Below, piece after piece: positions 51,540-63,052 of a stretch of 64,000 nt of DNA. The stretch comes from Marsupella aquatica (Eukaryota > Plantae > Marchantiophyta): NCBI GenBank assembly GCA_973895155.1, contig OZ316892.1, positions 26,931,233 to 26,995,232 of the forward strand. The letters run 5' to 3'. The notes under the pieces were generated by a model. It did no database searches, was not told where the DNA came from, and worked only from the letters and a program-made list of their open reading frames with translations. Positions within the stretch are counted from its first letter, which is position 1. Each line of letters starts with the position of its first letter. A program made the position numbers and the translations under genes.

Positions 51540-54263
51540 TCAAGCTTGTTGTCGGATGTCTTCTGGTTCGAGTAGCTCCACGAGGGTAACAGTCCGAGCT
51601 TGAGTAATTTCCATCAGCTCAGCCTGGCGTGGGGATCCTCGAGAGTAGGGTAGGCATCTCAAATGCCTTTCAGGATACATCAGGGGCATTCTTCTCCTTA
51701 GATAACATATGTCTATTCGAAGAGCTTCTCTATATATCCCAATCACGTCATAATTATTGCAAGTAGCAGCATATACTTGGGGATAATGATATAGGAAGTC
51801 ATCAGAGTTCAGCATCCTGGAATAGAAAGGGTGAAGCCTCCATTTGACATCTCTGAAATACCGGTTGAAGTTGGTCAGAGTTTGAGAGGTGACATTGTTC
51901 CAGATCCTCTGTTTCTCAGCAAATGAGCTGGTTGAAACAAGGGTAACCTTGGGTTCTCGAGGAAGGTAAGCATTCTGGGGAGAAGTAGATTTCTTACTCT
52001 GCATGAGAAAAGAAACCACAAAATCTAGGGCATAAGCTGCCAAGTTCCCAAAGTATGCCAAAACTAAATCTGAATCCTCCACCTCCACATCTCCTTGAAG
52101 TAGCATTTCAGCAAGAATAGGTCGGAAGTAGAGAGAGTCAGTCCAGAACTCGTCGAATTGTGCCATCTCCACTCTGGATTTCCAAAACACCTGAGATCAA
52201 AGATATAACTGGCCTCTGTCTTCTTGAGATAGTAGTATCTCCAAAACTCTCCAACCGGTGGTCTGTTGGCCTGCATTATTTTACAGGTCTCCACATATCT
52301 GTGCACTTGGGACTCTGGATGTCTCGGGTATCTACTCTCGATGGTGGCATTCTGAGGTGTCTGATAGATGAGGTGACAACTGCTACTAAGTTTGGATTGG
52401 ATCTTAAGGCAGTATTAACATCTTCAAATCCCTGCCTTGGGGATGACTCAAGAGAATTATCATAAGATCTATAAGTTTCACCATCTGAGGGTGGATCAGA
52501 GTCTTCAGGTAGATCCTCTCTGAAGTAAGGGTGGTCATATTGTGACCGATTGTAGGTGGGTCCTTCGGTGGGTTCGTAGTTGGAATCAGGGCTGTAATGT
52601 TGCAAACCTGGGCTAGGAGTGGGACTAGCAGTTGGACATTGTTGGATCAAGTTGCTGACCACAGATGCTATCTGTCGAGGTTCACACTGAAGTATTTCTA
52701 GCAAGTCATCCACAATGGCTACACAGCTGATACTTTCTGTCACTGGAACAGGTTCACTTGTTCTAGGGGAGGGGGCTGTAAAGTGATAGGAGTACAGATC
52801 ACAAACTCCATTGGTGCTGGTTCTCTTGGGGGAGAGGTCATTCTGACAGGGCTTAGCTGATCATGAAATGGTGATCCCAAACTAACAGCCTCCATTCTCA
52901 AATTACTAACAACATCATATAGTCCATCATCACTGCAATCTCGGGGGTTTCACTTCCACAAAAATGGCATATCACGTGCGACGAAGGATAGGGTCATTTT
53001 ATTGGTTGTAAGGGAAGACTTAAGAATTTTTGTAGAAGAACAATAGGGTCTTTTAAATTCAATTTTGAGACTTATAAGAATATTAGGGCCTTTTTAATCC
53101 AATTTGGAATATTCCAAGAATATTCCAACTTTATAGGGGTTAAAAAATAATATAATTTTCTTACATTTTAGGGGGTCCAAGGCCTAAAAACGTCGCAGGT
53201 GATGGGGAGGTCCCCATGTAGTGAGACCCCCGAGACTGCAATTGAGAAGAGATGTCAACTTATCAATAAGTTGTTGATTCAATTCTTCTTTCGAAGGAGT
53301 GGACGAGCTGGTCCTTAGGATGACAGCAGTAGTTGGTGTAGCAACATCGTCTTGTTGATGAATGCTCCTTACTTCTTCAGCTTCTAGTGGATCTACATCC
53401 GTAGTTTGCCTGGGGGAATTCTCATTACTTATTGGATGACAAACAACTTCCCTGTTATGCATAGGAGAATGTGTAGGAACTTCTAATGAAGCATCCTCCA
53501 TAGGAACATCAGCATTCTCCAACGTTCTGATCATTCGAATTCAAAGGGGTGACATGTACAATGTCTTCCATGAGAATTTCTTCTTCAATACCCAGGTCAA
53601 TTAGGAGTAACCCCCTCTCTGTCTCTTCCTCAAGATGTAAACAGTCATGGGCATAATAGAGCTGAGAGAGATAATTCTGCAAGCAAGTGGTCCTCCCCGA
53701 TTCCAAGCTCCTTACTTGACCCTTCATTACATTAAACAGAAGTAGGGCCCAATTTACTTTTATAGCTCCACTGTGAGCAGCTACAATAGTGTTAGCCAAG
53801 GCCACAGGACAGAGGGTTGGCTTTTTCGGATGAAGAATGGGTACCAGAAATTCCATGAGCACTCTCAATTCGGGATAAGTACACTGGGACAAGTTCCAGC
53901 CATTTTTGAGATTTCGAGTTCCTGAGAAGTATGGAGTAGATAAGTCCTGCTTCTTGGAATATAACGCCTCTCCTTCTGACGGGCATCCAAAGGCGTAAGC
54001 AATTTGCTCAACAGTCCATAGGCTGGGGCGAGCTCGAATCGTTTGCCTGAATTCAATCGGAATGATAGTCCCCTTTACAAAATCTTGTATGAGTCGAGCT
54101 CGACATTCCAGGGAATCTTGAGTAAGCGTTCCAATCCTAAGTGCTGTAAAGAGTCTTGTAAATTAGAAAGACTATCAGGCGCTCGTGGTATACGAGCTGC
54201 CACTACTTTTGAGACTGTTGGAGCTTCAATTTGATACTGTTCCTCAGCACCCAGGTTCGCCAT
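51540..54263 (-). pseudogene. Frameshifted element-borne ORF(s) of unknown function, resembling retrotransposon accessory ORFs
   Basis: Chain of same-strand overlapping ORF pieces: 54263-54075, 54056-53865, 53892-53509, 53534-53235, 52931 to about 52770, 52743-52276, 52306-52064, 52190-51540. N-terminal globular part ELRVLMEFLVPILHPKKPT...VNWALLL, then a Pro/Ser/acidic middle and an aromatic-rich C-terminal part. Confidence 0.65.
52940..53234. mobile_element. 295-bp MITE with 15-bp TIR and 8-bp TSD
   Basis: ACTGCAAT|CTCGGGGGTTTCACT...AGTGAGACCCCCGAG|ACTGCAAT. Removal rejoins the host ORF (LLNCS|DDGLYD). Confidence 0.92.
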
Positions 54264-56384
54264 AGCTGCAACGATAATTTGCGTGCTGCAAAGGTTACTT
54301 TCGAAGGGAAAGAGCAAGTGAATAGGGGTGGTGTAGAGACAAGAGTGAGCGCCTGAACTCTATGCTTGGTTCCTATCAAGGCATGAAGTCCCCGTTCTGT
54401 TGCTAAGTCCCGTTGCGAAGTTAGTTGTAGCGCCTTAACGTGAATTTTCCTTAAACGCGTAAGGCGTAAGCCGTAATCCCGTATCGGCGTAAACGCGTAA
54501 ACCCATAACGCTTATACACGTAAATGCGTAATCCCGTTATAAAGTATACCCATAGTTTACACTTGGCACTTTAACAGCAACAGCAGGCTTAAACACTGTA
54601 AAAAGTTTAAATTTTTCAGTAGTTTCAGGTTTTTGGTATTACCCAATACTCACAAATGCAGTTGGCAACAATGTCTGTCACTCTTCTCAATTCTTCCCAC
54701 AAGGTTGCGCACAAAAAAAATTCCGCACCATATGGAAGGAGCTCTCTTGTTGCTTTGGGAAAAGAGTGAATTAGCGTTTAGAGAGAATGTTTATATTGCC
54801 AATGTTGTAACCCAGAAATGGGCAAAATTGCCACCTCCTAGTATCCAACCTTGTCAGTCCCACTCATCCAACGCTTTGATTTTGAGAGGGAAGTCTAAGT
54901 TGCTGATCTACAAAGTGATCAACCTTTGCAAGGAGGCTTCACACGATCAATTATGGGTCCAGATTTACGATTCTCAGACAAACTTGTGCAAGAGTACTAT
55001 TGTCGACACAAGTTTCAAAATCTGTAGCAATTTGGTGTATTTCAATGGACTTTTATACGTAGCAATTTTGCTCCCCCTTGAACTTCTGGCCATTGACCCA
55101 GAATCAATCAAAGTTAGTGCGCAAAAAATTGTGAACATGGCTTGCGATAGAGCAAATATGTTGTACCTCGTGGTGTGTGGAGGGCACCTTATGATGGTCA
55201 TCGGGCTTGAAAACTTTGTTCGACTGCTGATGGTAGATCTGACTTTCCAGACTTTGAAACACTTATCTAAGGGCCCAAGATCGTTTCAAGAGCAATCAAA
55301 TGGTCATTGTACTTATCGTAGTCCTGTAACTAATGGCCACCACATATTCTTCGATGTAGGGGTAACATATTACAAAAAACTTCTTGAGTATGACATGGAA
55401 TCTAGCACTTTGACCTTGCAACGCGTCCCTCGGGATATGCTTGGACCAATTGTACGCAGAGGGGGGAAACTTTTATGTTTTCAAGTTGGCCGAAATGCCT
55501 TTGCTATAGTTTAGCTAGTTCATCAACTGATAAAACTAATTATCATTTACAGAAGGGGTTTACGCATAGGTATTCAACGATAACTACCCTGTCCCTCTCA
55601 TTGTCTTCGTGGGCGAGAATGCGCCCGCCTCATCGGTCCCTTTAGGATTATAGGATAGATGTTCAACGGTAATGGACATCTTGCTGAATATCTCGATCTC
55701 GAAGTTTATTGCTTCTATTTTGGTGTAACTTGTTCGCGATTGTGAGGTGATAAGTGGTTTGCCATTCAACCGATCACCCACCTCGAAGACCACAGAATGA
55801 GAGAACCATGTTTGTGATGCAGATATTGATCAGTTTAATGAATGCTTCAAGGATCTCAAGTCTTGCTGGATGAAAAGTCTTGATTAACCTCAACGGCCTC
55901 CACAAGTTCGTCAAGAATTAAAGGACTGCGAGAAGAAATTTTCAACATTGACGATTTGGATTTCTGCGAACAATTTTTGTTCCCTCTATAACTAATGTCA
56001 GTGCATTAATTGAGAAGAATGCATATTCAAGATATGTACTACTCATCATGAAAAAATCTTCTCTACTGAACCATCTTTGTGAAATATGAAAGTCTAAATC
56101 TTAAATGCCTGAAATGCGCATCTAATTTTTTTCTAGATCACTTGTCACATCCGACCAAGATAACAAAGTATAAACACTATGTTTCTACTCTATATCATAT
56201 CTTCTACATTGTTCCATTGCGTAAATTTTGTTGGCTCAGTCCTGATGCCATCCCTCGTCGCTCTGTAGAACGCAGATAGACATATCTGTAATTGACCACA
56301 TATATTTGCTTATCAAATAACATAAGACCTCCACAAAGAAGCATGCTACTGGAGTCTGAACAACCCAAATTGAGCATTGAACAA

Positions 56385-58430
56385 TCCAAATTGAGCACCC
56401 TAACACTAGCAACTTAGTTTTCAGTTAGTGCATAAGTAGCTGTGCAAGTTGGTTGGTTTCAAAATCATTTGATTGGTTAGTTTGGTCACCAAGGAACGGT
56501 TGAGGCTTTGGCTTTTGACATTTTTATTTCTTGTCCTATCCACTTGGTCCTATTTCTTGTTCAAATAACCAACTACTTCAGCCATATTACAGGTCATGCT
56601 ACGGTATGGTGTGGTGCAGCTGCCACCGTGCCCTCCCTAGGGTTATTCGTGGTACTTCTGAAGAAACCTCAAGCCTTAACTATTCTAGAATCTAAATGCC
56701 TAAAATGTGCATCTCAAGGCCCATTTGAAATGGGCATCTTAAAGGGCCACAATGGTACTTCTGAAAAAACCTCAAGCCTTAAGGATTCTGAAACCTATGC
56801 AAGACATTAAGCATGAGAAATGAGACTTAACTAGATTGATTGTTTCATCCAAAAAGACCAGGGGAGGGTTGTATTTCTCTAGGCCTAAGAAATTTTTATG
56901 AACAAGAAATAGTACCAAGTTGGTAGGAAAAGAAATAGAAAAGCCTAAAACCTAAACCTCAACTGTTTCTTGATACCATAGAAATCAATGTAATGACTCT
57001 CAAACCCCCCAACTTTTTCAACTCCTTATCCACTAACTAAAAACTAAGTTGCTGGTCCTCAATATGCTAAAAGTGCTAAAAGGCCTAGGAAATTTTTCTT
57101 TTAACTAATTTCTTTGAAGAATTATCCATTAGAATTCTATCGCCTGAGTGACCGGTGAGAATCATTATCCATTATACTCTAATGACAGGATCTCAATACA
57201 CTACAAGGACTAGGAGGTTTTTAAATTTTTTTCCCTGATTTTGGTACAAGTAGCGGGAGATTAACTGTAGCTTTTAAGATGCCCATTTCAAATGGGCCTT
57301 TGAGATGCATATTTCACACATTTAGACTCCAAAATCCTTAAGGCTTGAGGTTCTAATTATGTTCTGGTAACAGGACCTTAATACACTAAAAAGCCTAGGA
57401 ATTTTTTTTTAACTAATTTCTTTGAAGACTATCCATTTGAATTTCATCCCCCCTAAATTGACCAGTGAGAATCATTGTCCATTATGCTCTGGTAACAGGA
57501 CCTCAATATACTAAAAGGCCCATGAGATTTTTATTTATTTATTTTTGTACTGATCCTAGTAGAAGTAGTGGAAAATTGACTATGATCTTTTAAGATGCGC
57601 ATTTCAAGCATTTAGCTGAGGATCTCCAGAAGTATCACGACTCGCCTTGAGGAAGGCACGGTTGGCAATTGCACCATATCATAGCATAGCCTCCAATGTG
57701 TTTGAGGCACTTGGTTCTTTGAACAAGAAATTGAACCAAGTGGTTAGGACAAGAAATAGAAATATCAAAGCCTAAAGCCTAAACCAATGCAATGACTCTG
57801 AAACTAACTAACTTGCCCAGCTCCTTATCCACTAATTCAAAACTAAGTCATTGGTATCGGGATGCTCAATTTGGGCATTTTAATAGCCTGCTACATGTGC
57901 TTTTATGTCATATGCTTAGCAAAGTGTGCACTAGGTTCAGGTAAATGCAATTAGATTGTACTAATCTTTTCTTTCCTTTAATTGTGTTTATACCTGTGAT
58001 CGAAGCCTCCCCAACTACTCCTTATTAACGATTGGTACCCCTTTTACCATGAGGTTGGTAGGATTCAATATTTTTTTCAAGTGAACGTCTGCATGAGGAT
58101 AGTGTTTCTAAGGTAAATCTATAATGAAAGTCGAATCCCATGATGCTACGGCGACTGGTGTAGTCCTCATTTTGACACGAGTCACAATTTTACAGTGACA
58201 CATTGTGGGTCATGCTATTGTATGTTGCATCTTGCCAATCTTGCCCTCCCTAGGGTAAGTTGTGCTACTTTTGAAGAACTTCAAGCCTTAGGGATTCTAG
58301 AATCTAAATGACTAAAATGTGCAATTTAAAGGGCCATAGTCAATTTCTCATTACTTCTACTCAGATCAGTAAAAAAATAAGAAAAACCTTCTAGATCTTT
58401 TAGTGTATTGAGGCCCTGTTACCAGAGCAC
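56385..58430. repeat. Fold-back cluster of long degenerate inverted and direct repeats
   Basis: 56385-56750 is the approximate reverse complement of 57590-57873 (CCAAATTGAGCA versus TGCTCAATTTGG; ATTTCTTGTCCTA versus TAGGACAAGAAAT). Further partial copies at about 56900-57060, 57270-57350 and 58210-58430. Confidence 0.75.
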
Positions 58431-58968
58431 AATGAACAATAATAGCTCATCAAAACTATAGTTGAAGCTCTTATTTTGGGGGAAAGTATGCACTCAGTGC
58501 CCTTTAGAAAGGACAAGGTACACCAGAACCTCATAAGCCTCTCTCATCATTGATAATCATAATCTATCCCACCCACGTGCCAAAACACCCGCCTCCTAAG
58601 CCTCCAATATCAAAAGGGTTTTGCAAGATATTAAACATGGGAAAAGAGATTTGACTATAGTAGATGGATTATTTCATCCAAAAAGACCAAAGAAAGACGG
58701 TGCCCAGAGTTTGCTGCTTGCCTAGGATTTTACATGAACAAGCAATGGGACCCCAGATAGCACCAAGTACATGGGTGGGAAAAGAATTACAAAAGCCCAA
58801 ATCCAAACTTGACTCCAAAAAGACAAAGGGGGAGAATGGGTAGGACAAAAAATAGAAAGTCTAAAGCCTAAATCTGAACCGTCCCAAACTAAACGATGCA
58901 CCAAGTTTCCAGGGTCAAGACAATAATGATTATTTATGATGGGAGAGGCTAACGAGGTTATGCCCCAT

Positions 58969-60341
58969 AATTTATATTAATTAGTTATTTAGTGTACAAA
59001 ACTAATAAATGTATCAATTCTAGAAAAATAAGTTATAGTTGAAGGTCAATTGAAAAAAATAAGTATCATCTAAGTAGTGGTGGTAGGTGTCAGCTAATGA
59101 GTAATCAAATAAAGCAATATGGAATGCCCAAAATTGTTACATGATCACAATGAAAGAATATATATTTGAGAAAAAATCTCAATACAAATCAAACTAAAAA
59201 TAAAATATTTTACAAATTGCAGGAAAAGTCATAAAAAAATAATAAGATGCCCAAAATTGTTACATGGTCACAACGAAAAAACATCTTTTCATATAATGAT
59301 CATTTATGATGGGAGAGGCTTACGAGATTATGCCCCCAGAGACTAACCGGCACAAGTATTTTAACACATGGGTGGGAAACAAACGTGAAATTACCGTCAT
59401 TTGAGCTAGGCTAACATGGACCAATATTACGGCCCTACATCACGATTGTAAACGGCAACAGACATTCACCTACTTCGTAAAGATTGCAACAGAAGAACGC
59501 ATAGCTGAATGAAGGTTGCGTTTTAGAAAGCTCATTACCGGAACGAGAAAATCTATAATGACGATAAGAAGCTCGGTTTTGGATTGGATGAGTTCAGAAT
59601 GACGCATAGCTGAATAAAGATTGTGATTTCTGGATGTAATTACGAGCGTATATTAAAAATCTCATTGGCGGGACAACAAAGTGTATAATGGCGGTCATAA
59701 GTTCGATGGTGAATTGACGATTTTAGAAAACTATGTGCAGACAATTGCAATGGGAAATAGACCATTTTTTGCGCCGTGGGGCGCCACTTTAAAGAATCTC
59801 AAGCCGTTGGTGGAATCCACGGGATTGCAGAATTTCATCTCCCTCATCTTTCCGGACGAAGGCATTTCTTCTGTCATTCACCAGCTCAATGAAGGAGTGG
59901 AGGTGTTGCAAAGTGGAATCAAATTTTACCGGCTAAACTTCACAATGTCGGATAGTAATTGTTATAGTATCTTATAATTAGAAAATCAGGACCTGAGGGT
60001 CTCCGTAGAAAACACCGTCGCCACTGAAGTTCATGCAATTGCAGCATCTATGTCCGCTGTTGAATACGAATCAGAATACAATTAAGCACGATGAGATCAA
60101 GGACAAAATAACAAAAGCTTCGATACTCAAAGAACACTTTTTTTATTAAATTTTTTTGTTTTGTGTACAATTTATATTAATTAGTTATTTAGTGTACAAA
60201 ACTAATAAATGTATCGATTCTAGAAAAATATTGACTAGGGAAGATAAGTTATAGTTGAAGGTCAATTGAAAAAAACAAGTATCATCTAAGTAGTGGTGGT
60301 AGATGTCAGCTAATGAGTAATCAAATAAAGTAATATGGAAT
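58969..60341. repeat. Direct duplication of a ~160-bp AT-rich segment (58969-59125 and 60169-60341)
   Basis: AATTTATATTAATTAGTTATTTAGTGTACAAAAC...GTAATCAAATAAAG(C/T)AATATGGAAT twice; the second copy is cut off by the insertion at 60342. Confidence 0.85.
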
Positions 60342-61603
60342 CTCGGAGGGTCACTTCCGCGGAAGTGCCACATCACGTGCGATGAAGTATAGGGCCATTT
60401 AATTGGGTTCGGCGGAAGACTTCCGAAGTTTTGTGGAAGAACAATAGGGTCCGTTTTAATTGTTGGGTCGCTTTAAAGAATAATAGGTATTTATTAAATG
60501 GGACATATTCCACGGAAGATATCCATGAAAGTTAGGGTTGCTTGCAATAGTTCTACATGGGACACGCGGCATGTTGTGATTGGTCCAAGTGTCATAATAT
60601 AATTGGTACACGTGTAGGGTACTATAGTCAAAATTTAGTTCGGGGTTTTGGGGTTTGGGGTTTTGGGGTAACTTCTTTGGGGGGGCTGAATGCCGGTTTT
60701 GGAGGGGGCCCATGGTTTCCCCTCTCGATTTGCAGGAGCCGTTGATTTCTAGATCCAATGGCCTACAAATGCCCGAGTTTAGGGTAACCTATTATCAACG
60801 AGAGGGGGGGCAAAAGGCACAAGGGCACTAGGGCCCATGGGAAGCACGACCGCACGGGAGGACCTTCGTTTCGAAAAAACATTTCTGCTGCGTTGAGATT
60901 GAGTTGCAGCTGCAACATTGGAGAGGAGGCTGTCGAGTATGCTGGAGGTCAAGAACTATTGCAAGGCTGCATTGGTCGAGAACTGTTACGGTTGCATTGG
61001 AGAGGAGGCCAGAGGTGGAGAGGAGCCGCTACTGCAACATTCAAGAGGTGTTGTGGACTTGCCATTTTTGTGCATCACCTGCGGTGTCGTAAAGAAATGA
61101 GTTTTGGAGTTAGAATACCTCACATAGTTTCTCATTCCATTAGACATTATTAAAAATTAAATAAAATTAAAAATGTGACTTAGAGTAGTCATTTATAAAT
61201 TATTAGATATAATAGACCAAAATCATAGAATATGTAAAAATAAAATAGTATACCAAAATAATAGTATACCAAATGAGTATAGTAGACCAAATGAATATAG
61301 TAGGCCAAATGAGTATACTATATCAAATGAGTATAGTAAACCAAATGAGTATAGTAGGCCAAGATAATAAAATAGGACAAAAATAAGATAGTGTGCCAAA
61401 AAATTGGGCTAGCAAATTGTGGATAGTCCATTTTACAAACAGTGTGCTAAGATAGTGGGCAAAATAGTGGGCTAGCAAATTGTGTATAGTCCACTTTAAA
61501 AAATAGTGTGCTAAGATAGTGGGCAAAAAAAGTGGGCTAGCAAATTGTGGGTGGTCAACATTTCAAAGTACAAATAGAAGGGAACTTGCTTCCCATAGGG
61601 CAT
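60342..61603. mobile_element. Left end of a larger TIR DNA transposon related to the 52940 MITE
   Basis: CTCGGAGGGTCACTTCC...ATCACGTGCGATGAAGTATAGGG...GAAGAACAATAGGGTC aligns with 52940-53055 for about 120 bp. The right TIR was not found in the window, so the right boundary is provisional. Confidence 0.65.
61245..61556. repeat. Tandem arrays: ~20-bp unit (CCAAATGAGTATAGTAG) and ~67-bp unit (GGGCTAGCAAATTGTG...GTGTGCTAAGATAGTGGGCAAAA)
   Basis: Read directly; about 6 and about 3 copies respectively. Confidence 0.8.
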
Positions 61604-62379
61604 TGTGTTCCCACTATTGAGAGTGGAGTCCATGGTTTGCCTTGATATAATGGAGGGCTATGCCGCCGATTTTCATGATGGAAGGAATTGAGGATTTTTC
61701 TTATGGTCATGGAGGACTATGCCACCACTTGAGCACCTTAATTTAAATACTCAAATCTGGCAAGGACGACTATGTCGCCTGTATCAAGGATATATTATCA
61801 AAGGTTACCTTGTACCTTAGGTTTAGCTATTCCCATAGATTGTGAATGATGTTGCATGGGTTGCCAAGAGTGCATAGACCACCGGGAGTGATTGTCAACC
61901 CATTTTTGATTAGATTACATTGTTTAGATAAAAATGTAATGCGTCAAACACTTATGTATCAGTTTGGTATAGATTTTGCCATCATGGTTATGAATTTAAA
62001 TGTTCCACTCATATATCCCGTAGTTACTTATGAAGAAGAGTGGGTGTGTACTATCTATATTTTGTATTAGAAAGGATGGATTTGAATCAGGTCCTTAGTC
62101 CAATCTTAAATTTGATGTCTTTCTTGAGTCTAAAGATTATTGTGCGAAGGAAGATAGCGTGTAGGGAAATCTTAATAAGAAAGTTTTGAGAAGAGTCGTA
62201 TAATATTATAGTATCTTCATAAGAAGCTCTAATACTCTACGGGGATCATCCAAGGGGAACTTTAAGTATTTTTGTGCTTGTATAGTTTAGGTGAGTAGTC
62301 ATATTTGCACAGGCAGCAAGGCCCAGTGCCTCTCGAGTAGTTTAAAACCCCAAGACACAATTGGTGACCATACTGGGGA
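61604..62379 (+). mobile_element. 5' LTR (about 61604-62359) and primer-binding site of a Ty3/gypsy-like retrotransposon
   Basis: TGTGT... to ...ACACA, then 2 nt later TGGTGACCATACTGGGGA (62362-62379), which resembles tRNA-Arg-type PBSs (TGGCGACTCCACTGGGGA). A gag-like ORF follows. The left boundary rests only on the 5-bp inverted ends. Confidence 0.65.
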
Positions 62380-62435
62380 ATCTTGAGGCCTGTGCCTAAT
62401 CTGATCAGTTGGAAGGAAGGTCCGTGATAGAAGAA

Positions 62436-63052
62436 ATGGGAAACATGGAGGACATGCAAGAGATGTTTATGGCAATGATGAGAGCCATAAAGCAACAAGA
62501 TGCAGAGGAGAACAATCAACGTGAGCACTTGAACCGTGTGTCAAAGTGTTTACATTCAATTTTATCTCGAAAGGAACGATTTGATGGGAAAATTGTAACA
62601 AGGTACCTAAAGGAATCTTGGACGGAAGCCACAATTCATAAGCTAGATGGCAAGATTTTTGTGGAAGAGTTTTCAACATTGGTGGAGCCAAAACTCAAGG
62701 GAGTAGTCAATAAGCTAGTAGGCGAGGGTGATTCATGGGAGAAGTTTGAGTTGCGAATGAAGGAAGAATTTCAAGCTGAAGATGCTGATCGAGTGACTCA
62801 AGCAACATTCTTGGATTGGATAAGTGAGCGAAACAAAGGATTGGGGCCGCAAGAGTTGTTGCGTGAGTTCAATAGGAAGTTCAACCAGTTGTCTTCTGTT
62901 GAAGCTCAGGTAATCAAGCTACAAAAGTCAACCTTGTTCTTGCGATCTGCTGATGAACTATTACAAGATGAGTTGGAGAATGCACTTGACTTGCTTGATC
63001 CTCAACGCTCTGAACAAGCAGTAGAGTGGGAGCAAGTGGAAAGGGCCGTCAT
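62436..63052 (+). CDS. Retrotransposon Gag-like protein, truncated by CACTA insertion
   Basis: Helical capsid-like pattern RFDGKIVTRYL...SWEKFELRMKEEF...LLREFNRKFNQLS...LFLRS immediately downstream of the PBS. Confidence 0.75.

Larger units (their letters stand above)
50348..54654 (-). mobile_element. 4307-bp TGT...ACA element with 5-bp TSD (solo-LTR-like or non-autonomous)
   Basis: AATGT|TGTAGTTT...TACTCACA|AATGC. Exact excision restores the host reading frame. No RT, integrase or transposase motifs and no internal LTR pair seen. Confidence 0.8.
49494..55514 (+). pseudogene. F-box protein gene (F-box plus beta-rich FBA/kelch-like C-terminus) with a kinesin-10A-tail-like 5' exon, disrupted by a 4.3-kb insertion
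   Basis: F-box motif NLPEDVVENIISRITFPSIFIAPRLSKSWN in ORF 50060. The C-terminal part (VYIANVVTQKWAKLPPPS, VQIYDSQTN, VYFNGLLY, LVVCGGHLMMV) is in ORF 54633..55514. Removing 50348-54659 rejoins the two in frame (NNIEC|SWQQ). Exon 49494-49763 (GAG|GTAAGT) splices in phase 0 to the acceptor at 50000. Confidence 0.8.

Noticed and set aside
60341-60460. Helitron 5' end (A|TC at an A|T site)
   Set aside because: The homologous copy at 52940 has clear TIRs and a TSD, so this is a TIR transposon end.
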